Origin: the human T2T-CHM13v2.0 reference genome, Homo sapiens
DNA: 64,000 bases
Assembly (NCBI RefSeq): GCF_009914755.1
Contig: NC_060929.1
Reading direction: 5' to 3' (one strand)
Below, one piece after another: positions 42,376-55,255 of the stretch. The notes beneath the pieces were generated by a model that had not been told where the DNA came from, ran no database searches, and saw only the letters and a list, made by a program, of their open reading frames with translations. How positions within the stretch are numbered: position 1 is the stretch's first letter; each line of letters begins with the position of its first letter. The position numbers and the translations under genes were made by a program.

Positions 42376-42731
42376 TGATATGGTTTGGCTCTGTGTCCCC
42401 ACCTAAATCTCTCTTGAATTATAATAATCCCGACATGTCAAGGGCAGGACCTGGTGGAGATAATGGAATCATGGAGGCAGTTTCCCCCATGCTGTTCTCA
42501 TGATAATGAGTGAGTTCTTATGAGATCTGATGGTTTTAAAAGGGGCTTCTCCCTTCATTTGGCACTCATTCTCTCTCCTGCCACCCTATGAAGAGATGCC
42601 TTCCACCATGATTGTAAGTTTCCTGAGGCCTCCCCAGACATGTGGAACTGTGAGTCAATTAATCCTCTTTTCTTTATAAATTACCCAATCTTGGGTATTT
42701 CCTCATAGCAGCATGAGAATGGACTATTGCA
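42376..42731 (+). mobile_element. THE1 (ERVL-MaLR) solo LTR
   Basis: TGATATGGTTTGGCTCTGTGTCCCCAC...CA, with a perfect 5-bp TSD GGTCT at 42371-42375 and 42732-42736. Confidence 0.95.
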
Positions 42732-43467
42732 GGTCTATTTCCATGCCAGAATAAATGTTATTGGAAACAAGTTATTTTTATTTAAACAAGGGGAAATGAT
42801 AGAGATATTAAAGTAGACATACATACAAACCGCTTGACAAAATGAAGTTGAAATAGTTCAAGTTTCGTTTGTTCAACCTTCGAGTGTCGGGATTATGTAT
42901 AACTGTACAGCAGTGAGCCAGGATACCAGCAACAAGGTCAGGATACGGTGAGTTTTGAAAGTACAATTTTTTTTAAACCCATTACAGATTATTTTTTGAG
43001 TCATTAAAGGTTTTCATATAATAATTTTGAAGGTAAAATCCAATGGAATAATTATAAGCAGCATGAATAAACTTTCCCATAGGAAAACATCCTTTTTTTC
43101 TTTTCCTACATTTGCAAAGTTTTTAATTTCTCAAAGACCTTTTAGAACTATCTTCTCATTTCATCTCTAGGCAACACTGAGAAGCAGATTTAGTAGGCAA
43201 TAGTGTGCAGCTTATAGATCAGAAGCAGGCATTAAGTATAATTGATTTTTCTAATCTGATTTTACTTAAATATGGTCAATTACTTTCCTGTGTCACTACA
43301 ACATTACATTAAGTCAATACTAAAACAACTTTTAAGTCTCTAACTCCAAGGATGTTTCTAGCTACAACTTTGCAGTTGTATCATTTAAACCTCTTTTAAA
43401 TGCTTCCCATAATTTTGCATTAGATCGTGTTCCTCGCCTTTACCAAATGCTGTGTATATTCCCACAC

Positions 43468-43613
43468 ATGTGCTTGGTTTCATTCCTGCCTGCCTTCTCT
43501 ACAATGTGACTTCATTTCATGAATGTGGTTGCCATTACGACAATGCTAGGATGCTGATCTGTATACCGTGAGTCACTGCGAACTTTCAGACTCTCACTGC
43601 AATTCATGGGGAG
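43468..43613 (+). repeat. 146-bp direct duplication, copy 2 (partner 40720-40865)
   Basis: Ungapped alignment with 7 mismatches. Confidence 0.97.
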
Positions 43614-44439
43614 TTTTAAACCCCCATTAATTACATAAACTTGATTTATGTAATCTTATTCTCATTGTTTCAAGGGTTTTCTTCTCACTTTACTCTAGTT
43701 TCTACATGTTATGGTGTTGCTTTTCCATAAAACATGCCAATTTCCAAAACAGCATACAGTTCCTTATAACACTGCCTCCTTTGTTCTCCTCCTTTTCTGT
43801 GCTCCTGATTCTCCTGGGGGGCCTCCTTTCTTGCCTGCCGGGGATCTTGTGTCCCTGTCTGATGTCCTCAGAGCCCTGGACCTCATGGCATCCAAGGTTC
43901 AGACCTTCTCATATTCAAATGGGAATAGAAGCTGCTTTTGGTAAGTGATATTTTGGAGCTTGTTAAAATTTACTCTAGAAAGATAGCATCAAAAATTAAA
44001 GCAAAGCATATGACTTCTAATTTTCGTGCCAATTATTTACTTAATAAATAAATGGAAAGGGCCTCAGGGATTCTTAGGATCAACTCCGTGATTTAATTTG
44101 GTTCTGTCTGCCCTAGGCTCAGTCCTCAGCTCAGAGCCTGTTCAAACACACTTCCATGCCTTCACGTAGAGGGGTTTAAAACTAGCCTAGTCCAATGACT
44201 TCTTAGAGTGAAAGGATTCTTTATGAGAAGGGAAGTATAACCCAGAGACCCCATTTTCTGAAAGATTGTTTTAAGGCACAGGAAGTTAAATTCAGAGTCT
44301 GGGGGCTTCATCGTAGTGTATTACGATGCTGGGACCAGACACGGGGGCCTTGAGACTTCAGTCATGCTGCCTGAGAAATATAAAGTGTATCTGCCCACAC
44401 ATGCATAGGATGAATCCAGGAGTGCGGCACTGCCTTGGA

Positions 44440-44887
<448 letters not shown>

Positions 44888-45582
44888 GGTAGAGATAGAT
44901 GGATATAGATGTAGATATAGAAATAGATACATACATACCTCCCAAGTTTATACTCTTATGAATGATCCCCCCAAAAGAGAAAAGAATTTCTTCAATTGGG
45001 TAAGATTTACTCACTTCAGGCTATATTAGGGCACATAATTTTGTAATCTAACAATGGAGGACACATAGTTGTTTAAAATCTGATTTTGTTAATCAGCCAC
45101 CCAAATTAGAACCACTAGCAACTATATACGGGTCACAGCAATAGTGTAGGTCATTGTCAGTGGGCCAGAGGATTCCTTACAAAATACAACACACCATTTC
45201 AAAAACACCACTGAAACCCACATCTTTTCAAATAATGTCAATTCCCACATAAGTTCTAAGCACTAACCTCCAGGGGTGCCAACGTCCCACCCCTCATAGT
45301 GAAGGAATACCAATAATGGTCAAGAGAAGAAGTGGATTATTTTGGGGCCAGGTTGCTATAGTGTGAAGCTTTGCAGGTAGGGGACAAATAGATTAAAAGC
45401 ATGGGCTTCTGAATGAGAGTTTTCTGTTGACTCAGTTTCCTGGAAGTTTCCAGCTCATTTGGTTGTCACTTTGGATTTCTCCCTCTTTTTGAACTTACTT
45501 TAATTTAGTCTTCTCCCATAGGGCTGGTGAAGTGCAAAGGACTTGGGTGGAAAATGTCAGACAGAAACCAAGTGGAATGCAG

Positions 45583-45985
45583 AGGATGGACGGATGCGTG
45601 ATTGGGTGGATGGGTTGGATGAACTGATGAATGAATGGATAGATGGATGGATGGACTGGGTGACTGGATGGATGGATGGATGGATGGATGGATGGATGGA
45701 TGGATGGATGGATATACAGATGATCAGATAAATGGATGGATAGATAAATGGATGGATGGATGGATGGATGGATGGGTGGATGGATGGATGGGTGGATGGA
45801 TGGATGGATGGATATACAGATGATCAGATAAATGGATGGATAGATAAATGGATGGATGGATGGATGGATGGATGGATGGATGGATGGATGGATGGATGGA
45901 AAAATGGTTGGATGTAATGAATGGATAGATGTTGGATGGATGGATAGATAAATGAATAAATAGATTAGATAGTGGATGGTGAATG
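45583..45985. repeat. (GGAT)n satellite-like microsatellite
   Basis: Direct reading. Confidence 0.97.
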
Positions 45986-46815
45986 ATTCAGGCCTGCCCT
46001 ATGGCCCTTACATGGAAATATTTTCTCCCTTGACATTTTTTCTAGGCAAGGTTGTTTCTCCCATAGGGGCTTAGGTTAGACTATGGGGACCCAGGAAAGG
46101 AGCCTAAAGAAGCAGTTCATTCTGCTTCTTAGCACCAAAGGCCAGAGGCACACAAAGAGTTCTCCTTCTTTACAGAAGACACAGTTCCCCGCAATCCACC
46201 ACCAGCGCTCAGCGTTCCTCTGAGCCCAGTGGGGCAAAGCTCAGGCCAGGAACACAGCTTTTACCTGCCAGAGTGTCCACCAGGCAGATATCGCCCTCAG
46301 GTGTCCAGGTGGTCTAGATCAGAATTTAGGCTCGAGTCCCATCCACCACATGTTAATCACGCAGGACCTCACAGATAAGAGTGTAAGTAAGAAATCCTCA
46401 GGCATATGGAAAGTTTGCTCCTCGTTTCCTGCCATGTCAAAATAACAAATGCAAAGCAGAAATTGCTAGATAATATACTTCTATGCCCATTAATTCACTA
46501 TGTTTTATTTATATTTATTCTTGTTCTTTTGGTAAGACCTTCAATGCATCCTTAGTGTCTATTATAACAGAGTTTGGAATTTTTATTTTTTATGCTGCTT
46601 CTACTGCCTTTCAGACATAATTCACGAGCACAGAGAATAATATCCTGTACTATGTCCCAGGGAATTGCTCCCTAAGTCCCTAAGATCCTGGACAGAAGGC
46701 AGCAAGTTAAAACTCGATGTTTTTCCTGGCTTTTTCCAAACTATCCGCCTTCAGAGAAGCCTTTCAGAGGCCTTTGGCACTTGGCAGTCTGAAGTGGTCC
46801 TGTCCCTGTAGGATG

Positions 46816-46917
46816 CTCTGGACTGTATGTGCAAGTGTGTGGGAGGTTGTGGGCTGGATTCATTACCTTTATTCCCAATCCTCATCAGGCCAGGGCTAAA
46901 TGAAACACAGAGTCATG
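46816..46917 (+). repeat. 102-bp direct duplication, copy 1 (partner 50108-50209)
   Basis: Ungapped alignment with 15 mismatches. Confidence 0.9.
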
Positions 46918-47464
46918 CATGTTTCATGGGAAATGGGTGGCGTCTGGCCTCTGTTGCCCTCTGTATCAAAGCATCCTGCAGGGAAAGGACCACTTCAGAC
47001 AGGGCTGCAGGTCATGGAGCGGCCGGGCATTGGGATTGGGAGCCCCTGCCAGACACTAGACTCAGAGCTGGACACCCATGGTCCCATTTACATTCATCTG
47101 ATGTCATGTTAGTGTCAGCATTTGAGGGAATGTTAGTGTTCACAGTTCAGGGAAAAGAGACACCAAAGAGCTGAAGCGACCCCCCCACAGCCACACTCTG
47201 ATGAGCAGAATCGAGTATAGAATAAATTCCGCAGGATTCCTCCTTCGTAGGTGGCAGATTATTGGATTCACTGAAAGCCATCCCTTTGAGTTTCTATCTT
47301 TCTGAAAATTCAAGTGCCAAGGCCTTAGTGCTGTCAATACTTTGTCCCACTGGGAGGAAAGAGCAAAGGTCCCAGCAGTGCATGGGTGCTGGGCTTCAGG
47401 TGAGGAAGGAAAGGAGCTAGGAAGAAATCAGAAGCTTGCAAAGAAGAGCAAGGAAAAAAGTCCC

Positions 47465-48470
47465 TGCAGGTAAGCCAGTCACACTTGGAGGTGACCTCCC
47501 CAATGAGTCACAACCACATCATCCCCTGCCCTGAAGTGGGGAAACCAATAGAATACGGCAAAGGGAATGGGATATCACCCCATGATTATGTTACATTATA
47601 TGGCAAAGATGAAGAGGTTTTTGAAGATGTAATTAAGGGCCCTAATCAGTTGAGTTCCAGTTATTGAAAGGGAGATTAACTTGGGTGGATCTGACCTAAT
47701 CAGCTGAGCCCTTAAATGCGAGCCTAGGCTATCTCTGAAAAGAAAGATCCTCCTGAAGGCCTTGAAATAAGATGCCAAATTGTGAGGGGGCTACAGGGGA
47801 GGGCACTGTACGTGCCTCTTGGAGCTAAAAGTGGCCCCTGCTGACAGCCCACAGTAGACAGGGACCTCGGTCCTTCTGCTGCAAGGGTCTAAATTCTGCT
47901 AACAACCTCCTAAGCCTGGAAGACCCCCAACACCCAGAAAGAGACATAGCCCAGCCAACTCCTCGACTGCAAATTTGTGAGGCCTTGCATAAGGGACCAA
48001 GCTAGGCCATGTGCCTGGACTCTCAACCTATGCAAATTGGGAGATAATAAATAGATGGGTTTTTTAAAACAATTGGGTGGTTTTTTGTTTGAATATTATT
48101 ATTATTTCAATGGTTTTTGGGGAGCAGGTGGCGCTTGGTTACAAGGATAAGTTCTTTAGTGGTGATTTCTGAGATTTTGGTGCACCCATCACCCGAGCAG
48201 TGTACACTGTACCCAATGTGTAGTCTTTTATCCCTCACCCCCTCCCCCACACTTTCCCCCAAGTCCCCAGAGTCCATTATGTCATTCTTATGCCTTTAGG
48301 TCCTTACAGCTTAGCTTCCACTTAAAAGTGAGAACATAGAATATTTGGCTTTCCATTCCTGAGTTACTTCACTCAGAATAATGGTCTCCAACTCCACCCA
48401 GGTTGATAATGAATAGACGTTTTTTTCAATTGCTAAATTCATAGTAATTTATTATGCAGCCACTAATGTA
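47465..48470 (+). mobile_element. MLT1E-like MaLR LTR interrupted by L1PB
   Basis: ATGATTATGTTACATTATATGGCAAAG...GATGTAATTAAGGGCCCTAATCAGTTGA...GACCTAATCAG; resumes after the L1 with TTGCTAAATTCATAGTAATTTATTATGCAGC. Confidence 0.8.
48060..48404 (-). mobile_element. L1PB 3' end (5'-truncated)
   Basis: TAAGTTCTTTAGTGGTGATTTCTGAGATTTTGGTGCACCCATCACCCGAGCAGTGTACAC; TSD-like GATAATAAATAGATG (48043) / GATAATGAATAGACG (48405). Confidence 0.9.
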
Positions 48471-48614
48471 CCTGGCAAAGCTCACATTTTTGCCCTGGTC
48501 TGCCCCTACCCTGAGACATTAAGCTCAGCAATGAAAAGGTGGCTCTGGTAGAGTTCAGAGGGCTTGTCCTTGTCCAGCTATTTAGACGTGGTTACCAGTG
48601 TGCCCTTGGGCATT

Positions 48615-49105
48615 TTATTTATGTCCTGGGCTATCATAACAGATGGTCACAAACTGGGTCAATGAAAACAACAGAAATTTATTCTTTCTCAGTTCCAGAG
48701 GCCAGAAGTCCAAGATCACAGTGTTGGCTGGGCCATGCTCCCTCCAAAAGCTCTAGGTGAAGACCCTCCCTTGCCTCCTCCAGTGTCTGGTGGCCCCGGG
48801 CGCTCCCTGGCTTGTGGCTGCCTCACTCTAGTCTCTACCTCCATCTTCACGTGGCCTTCTCCTCTCCTAGCCTCTTCTGTCTGTGTCAAATCTCCCTCTG
48901 CCTTCCTCTTATAAGGGCACTTGTCATGGGATTCAATGGCAGCTGAATTGAATTCAGGGCCCCCCCAGATAGACCAGGATGATCTCATCTCAAGATCTTT
49001 TATTAAATTACACCTACAAAAACCCATTTCCCAAATAGGAGAAAAGGTTTCAGGGTTTAGGACGTGGACATATCTTTTTGAGGGCAACTTCTCAACCCAC
49101 TCCAG
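48615..49105 (-). mobile_element. MLT1C-like MaLR solo LTR
   Basis: AAACAACAGAAATTTATTCTTTCTCAGTTCCAGAGGCCAGAAGTCCAAGATCA...CCAGGATGATCTCATCTCAAGATC. Confidence 0.85.
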
Positions 49106-50107
49106 CATCATTGTCAACATGGAAATCGGCACGAACACCTGCATCCCTGGTCCACCTGCAGCTGGCTTCAGAGGAAGCCCCTCCCTCCTCTGTGAGCTGC
49201 AGAGCCCCACCACTCACACTGCTCCACGATCATGGCACTGCCACACCAGAGCCCACTCAGCTCCATCTTTCCTGTGCTGGGTGGGGGCAGGGCCTGGCCC
49301 AATTGAGCAGGTCAGTGCACCCGAGGCCAAGGCCAGTGACAGGAGGGACACATGGTCTTGGTCCTTCTGCTTCTCCAGTGGAGACGTTGTCTAGGGAGAA
49401 AAGAGGAGGCAAGGCACTTGTGGTTCTCTTTGGTCTTAGGGTCCACAAAGGACATCATCAGAACAGCTCATTTCATTAGGAAACCCCAAGCTGGCTCCTT
49501 CAGGAGAGTGAATCACCAGCTGCCAAAGTGTACCTTTTTGCTTTAATTGGATTTTCCTCTATTGACTCTGCTTTAAGTAATGAAAACCTGCAGTTAAATG
49601 TTTGCTGAGTCACCAGCTGACCACCCCAGTCCTGCCATTTGGTTCTGCAGATGTTCCCTGCAGTCCTGACTCATCAGCCCTCGTTGCCTGTGCCCCTCCT
49701 GGCTGGGAACAGATGTCTTCAGGGGCAATTCAAGCATGAGGAGAAAGAACAGAAAAAAAGATCAATCTTTCTAGGAAAGGAAGGGGCCAGTCATTATAAT
49801 TTCATCACCAATAACCACGAGAAACATTGCTGCTTTCTGAAAAACAAACTTCCCTCATTGCCCCCTTCAACACACATATGGGGCCTGCATCAATGCTAAA
49901 TAGCACCTGCTTGTTCCCAGCCGCCTTCCAGAGTTCAGCCCAGTGCATAGCCCTGGTAGAGCTGTCTTGTGCAGAATGGATTCTGTAAGACTTGGTGCAG
50001 GGTTAAACAGAAACAGGGAACATTTTAACAAGAGAGAAATTAGAAATAGGGACCAAGAGAAGAGGGCAACAGAGGCCAGACATTGCCCCTTTCCCATGGC
50101 CAGCAGC

Positions 50108-50209
50108 CTCTGGACCGCATGTGCAACTGCATGGGAGGTTCTGGGCCAGGTTCATTACCTTTCTCTCCAAAGCTCATCAGGCCAGGACTAAATGAAACAC
50201 AGAGTCATG
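50108..50209 (+). repeat. 102-bp direct duplication, copy 2 (partner 46816-46917)
   Basis: Ungapped alignment with 15 mismatches. Confidence 0.9.
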
Positions 50210-51449
50210 TGTGAAATAATCAGACTGCTGCGTTGGATCAGATTGTCTCTCCGGGATAGCCGGGGCCAGCAATTTCTGTTGGAATGGATGGTCCTAGAGA
50301 CAGCCCTTCGCAGGAATCCAGGGCAGGGGTGAAAGCTTCTGGTGCTGCCCTTGGGTGCAGAGGGTTCATGCCCAGGCAGACCTGCTGGCAAGACCTGCCT
50401 GCGGGAAGACATGTGCCTTCCCATCCCAAGCCACCAACAGAAGACTGTCATTTCCCAACCACAAACAGAACACAAGCCTGCCACATGAGCAAGACCTGAG
50501 CAAAAATATCAGTCCAGAGTGTGCCCTATAATTTACTTTCCCTCTCATTTTCTTCTTTCTTTCTAAAGCTCCCTTTTGCTTCCCCCATCATTCTGAACAT
50601 GGGGTGGAAGTGCGGGACACATCCATAAAAGGTTCCCGTCCTGCTTGGGGTCGCCTGGTCTGAGGCTGCACTGATTCCACTGAGGCCTGCCAGGGAGGGG
50701 CCCTTGGAACAAAGATTCCTTGGGAGGAAGCAGGGCTGCGTGGGCCGGCAAGTGACAGAATTCACACAGAATGGCCCAAATTGCCCACTTGAGCTTCCTC
50801 GAATTCTATTTCTGTGGATTCTTTTTTTTCCCCATTTTAGTAGGGAAAAACACTTTATATTTCCTGTACATTTTTACTTAAAAGGAATCAAAGGTAAAGG
50901 GAGCAGTGAGAAAGCAGAAATGAAAAGGAAATCTGTGGTCAGGAGGCTCCAAGAGACTGTGTGAGTTGAAGGGGGCCATCTAAGATATTTAAGGGGCTGC
51001 CGCAATGTCAGGCGGACCATAGAGCGGGAGGGATGGGGGATCACCTGACTCTACCCCGGGGCTGGCATGGGTGAGAGGAGGGGGCAAGAGAAGAAAGGAG
51101 GCGGGTTGTTCTGAGCTCATCAGCCGCCTCTGCGGCGGCCCCGTGTGTGCACCCTGCAGCACGTGGGCCTCGAAGGACGTGCAAGTTAACCCAGTTAGGT
51201 CTCCTGAAAGTCCCTTAGCACTGACTCGGGGCCAGCCTGGGGACCACAGGTCACGCACCCCTTTCATCAGACAGGAGTTTTCAGGCCAGGTGCCCTTCTC
51301 CGGTGACCAAAGAGCAGAATTCTCAGTGGTGAGGACGCATCTGCACAGCCCAGCCCAGCCCAGGCCAGCAGACCATAAAAGGCCCAAGACCTGCCACAGG
51401 TGAGACCAGCAGGGGTGAGAAAAACATAGGCCTGGCCCGGTGCGACTGG

Positions 51450-51881
51450 CAGACTCATGGCCTCTGAGGACATCCTAGCAGACGTCTTCCCCAGGACCTG
51501 TGCCTATGTCACCTCCAGTGGCAAAGCGGACTTTGCAGGGGTGATGAAGTGAAGGCTTTGCAGGGGTTGCCCTGCATTGTCCAGGTGGGCCAAGTGTCAG
51601 CCCAAGGGTCCTATCAGAGCAGAGAAAGAGGGTCAGAGTCAGAGGAGACGTCACGACAGAAGGCAGGAGTTGGAGTGATGTGAGGAAGAAGCCAGGAGTC
51701 ATGGTACACAGTAGCCTTTAGAAGAACCAGATTCTCCCCTGGAGCCCCCACACGGAGCCGGCCCTGCTGACAGCTTGACTTTGGGATTTCTGACTTCCTA
51801 CATGGTAAGACAACAAGTGTGTGTGCTTTCAGCCACTATGTTTGTGGTGTTTTGTGATGGTAGTGACAGGAAACCAACACA
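51450..51881 (+). mobile_element. MLT1D-like MaLR LTR
   Basis: TGGCAAAGCGGACTTTGCAG...CAGATTCTCCCCTGGAGCC...AGCCACTATGTTTGTGGT...AGGAAACCAACACA. Confidence 0.75.
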
Positions 51882-51917
51882 CCTGAGCCTCGAGGTGAGC
51901 TACCTGAGCTGCAGGTC

Positions 51918-52299
51918 TGATGTAGTTTGGATGCCCCCTCCAACTCTCATATTGAATTGTAACCTCCAGTGTTGAAGGAGGGGCCTGGTGGGAGGGGTTT
52001 GGGTCATGGCGGGCAGATCCCTGGTGGCTTGGTGCCGTCCTGATGACAGTGAGTGAGTTCTCAAGAGAGCCAGCTGTTGGGAAGGGTGGCACCAACTCTC
52101 CCTTGCTCCCACTCTGTCATGTAACGTGCAAGCTTCCCCTTCTGCCATGATCGGAAGCTTCCTGAGGCCTCCCCAGAGGCAGATGCCAGCACTATGCTTC
52201 CTGTACAGCCTGCAGAATCGTGAGCCAATTAAACCTCTTTTCTTATAAATTATCCAGTCTCCAGTATTTCTTATAGCAATGTGAGAGCAGCCTGACCCA
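51918..52299 (+). mobile_element. MSTB-like MaLR solo LTR
   Basis: TGATGTAGTTTGGATG...TTCCTGTACAGCCTGCAGAA...CA, with TSD AGGTC at 51913-51917 and 52300-52304. Confidence 0.9.
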
Positions 52300-54277
52300 A
52301 GGTCCCTGCAGGTGACCTTGGGGCCTCGACACTCACAGGACATTGAAAATCCCAGGGCCGGGCTGTTCCCATGCTTATCACATCGGACTGTCATCCAGCC
52401 AGGGCCACAGGGAGTGGGGCTCTGAAGGTGAGAATGATTCCGGGGGTTTAACGAAGAAACTTTGACAAGGGTGGCTGGGGGCGTAGGGTCCCCAGGGGAC
52501 AGTACGGTCACCTGAGTCTAGAAGCACCTGACCTGTGAGCACCCCAGGCCTAAAGAATAAGGGGAGAGCATGCCCCCCAACCCCGGAAGGGTAGAGAGAG
52601 CTACCTTGGGGGTCAGTGACCTCTGTTCGAGGTGCCCCAGCACCTGATGAACTCTGGGGACAAAATAAACGAAGCCCCCATGTTCCCTGGTAGAAGTTGC
52701 AGCTCCTGGGAGAGAGAAGTCCCAGTGAAGGAAAGAGACGCACAGACAAGGGCAGATTCGCATGAGCTCTGTGAGCCGGGGAGCAGCTCGGGGGCCTCGG
52801 CTCCTGTAGAAGCAAGTGCGGTTGGGGAGCAGCTTCTGACCTTTGGGTTGCCATGGCCAGGTCAGGGAGTATCCCAGGCAGCAGAGCAGCTTCAGCAAAG
52901 GTGACAGAGGCAAGAAATGGCAGGAATGGTTGGAGGAACAGAGGGGTGCACAGCCAGCGATGGGCACGTTAAGCCAGACAAGCACAGGGAAGGCTGAGCT
53001 GCATTTCTAGAGCAACGAGAGGCCATAGCACAGGAATGGCCATCTTTGATTGTCCCCAGTGCCCAAAGCAGAAAGGCCCAAGACAGGGAGGCCATTCATT
53101 ACAGACATCCAGTAGAGAGAGGCCAGCCATACATCTGGGCAGCAATGGCCATGGGTGTGGGGGAGGGGAGATACTGAGACTTGTGGCAGCACCTGGTGAC
53201 AGCGTGCTCCTCGGGGGTGGTGAGCGGCATGAGGAGTCCAGGCTGATTGCTGGGGCTTCACTCTGAGACATGTACATGGCAACACTCCCAAATCATGTTC
53301 AGCCACGTCTCCCATCACAGCATCTGGTCCTTGTGTCCGCCCCCAGCACCTCAGGCTCAACGGTCCCCAAGGGACTCGCCATCCACCTGAACATGTGTGC
53401 GCTCATTTTGCCTTCCTCTGTGAAGGTCACCACAACCCACTCTCCACCCATGCTGGAGTCCTCGTCGCTCCCATACACACAGCCGACACCCACTCAGTCT
53501 CGGCCTTTGATCCTGGACCAGGACCCAAGGCTGGGCACCGCCTTCTCCACCACCTCCCTGGTTGGATTGCTGCCTGGACCTGGCTGGCCTTCGTGGCCCT
53601 GCTCTGCCCTGGAATGCCTGTTCTCCCTGTGAGAACCAGAAAGGCCTGTGAAGAGCCACTTTGGTCTGGTCTAGAAATCACTGACCATCCCTAACACCCA
53701 CAGAATACTCTCAGCTCTGGAGACAAAGTGGCCCGTTCCAACCCAGGGCGGTCATGCCAGGCCTCTCTAGAACACCCTTGAGTGTCCCCCTTCACTAACT
53801 GCAAAGCCACAGCCTCCGGGTGACCCCCAAGTACAGGCTTCCCGTTCTCCGTTTCTACTGGGACCCCTCTCCTGCTCCTCCCCGGTCCTTGGAGTGTACC
53901 AGCCATTGCTCTCTGCCTCGGGGATTTTGCCTTCTCCTGCCTGAGGTGCTCCTTCCTCAATACTTGCTAGCTGGCCTTTGCCTGAAAGCCTTGGATTGAC
54001 ACTTGCCTTCACCGTGGGGCCCATTCCCAGCTACTCTGTCTGTGATGGTGACCTCCTCCACCCCATCCCAGCTCCCGGACCCCCTTGCCCTGCCCTGAAT
54101 TTTGCTGGGCCTTACCTGCCATGTTTCAACATTTAAAAAAAAAAATAGAGAAAGAGATGAATCTCTGGATTAAAGGTTTTATTTGGAATAATATGCAAGA
54201 AGTAGGATTGCACTCTGGGGCATACATGCAGAGCAGAATGGCCTCCAGCATGTTCAAAGAATACAGGGAAAGGTTAG

Positions 54278-54562
<285 letters not shown>

Positions 54563-54832
54563 TAAAAGAAAGTTCAATGGCACTGGCAGCATTTTACAAC
54601 AGCTGGTGAGTGTTCACTGGCAAATGTCAGTAGCTGCTAGATACAACTTCTAATCTTGGAATTAGAGTTAGGCACCTGTAGTTTTGCACTGGGTTTGTGA
54701 GACAGTGTATTGGGCAACTGTTTATGAGTAAGCAGCTAGCTGTGCTGTGTGACTTATCTAGTAAGCTGTGGTTTGGAAAAAGTTCTTGTGATAGTTCCTA
54801 TTATCAGGCAAATAGTGCATGAGAGCCCCTCC

Positions 54833-55255
54833 TGTATTAGTCTGTCCTCACACTGCTATAAAGGAATACCTGAGACTGGGTGACTTACAAAGAAAAGAGG
54901 TTTAATTAAACCTCTTTGGCTCACATTTCTGCAGGCTGTACAGGAAGCATAGTGGCTTCTGTTTCTGGGGAGGCCTCAGGAAGCTTACAATCATGGTGGA
55001 AGGGACAGAGGAAGCAGGAACATCTTACACGGCTGGAGCAGGATCAAGAGAGAGTTGGGGGAGGTGCTACACACGTTTAAACAACCAGATCTCACAAGAA
55101 CTCACTAGCTCAATGACAACATCTCAAGAAGGATGGTGTTAAACCATGAGAAACTGCCCCCATGATCCAATCACCTCCCATCAGGCCCTACCTCCAAAAC
55201 CAGGGATTACAATCCAACATGAGATTTAGTGGGGACACAAATCCAAACCATATCA
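54833..55255 (-). mobile_element. MSTA solo LTR nested in the ERV 3' LTR
   Basis: TGTATTAGTCTG...GCAGGCTGTACAGGAAGCAT...ATCCAAACCATATCA; TSD CCTCC/CCCCC. Confidence 0.92.
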
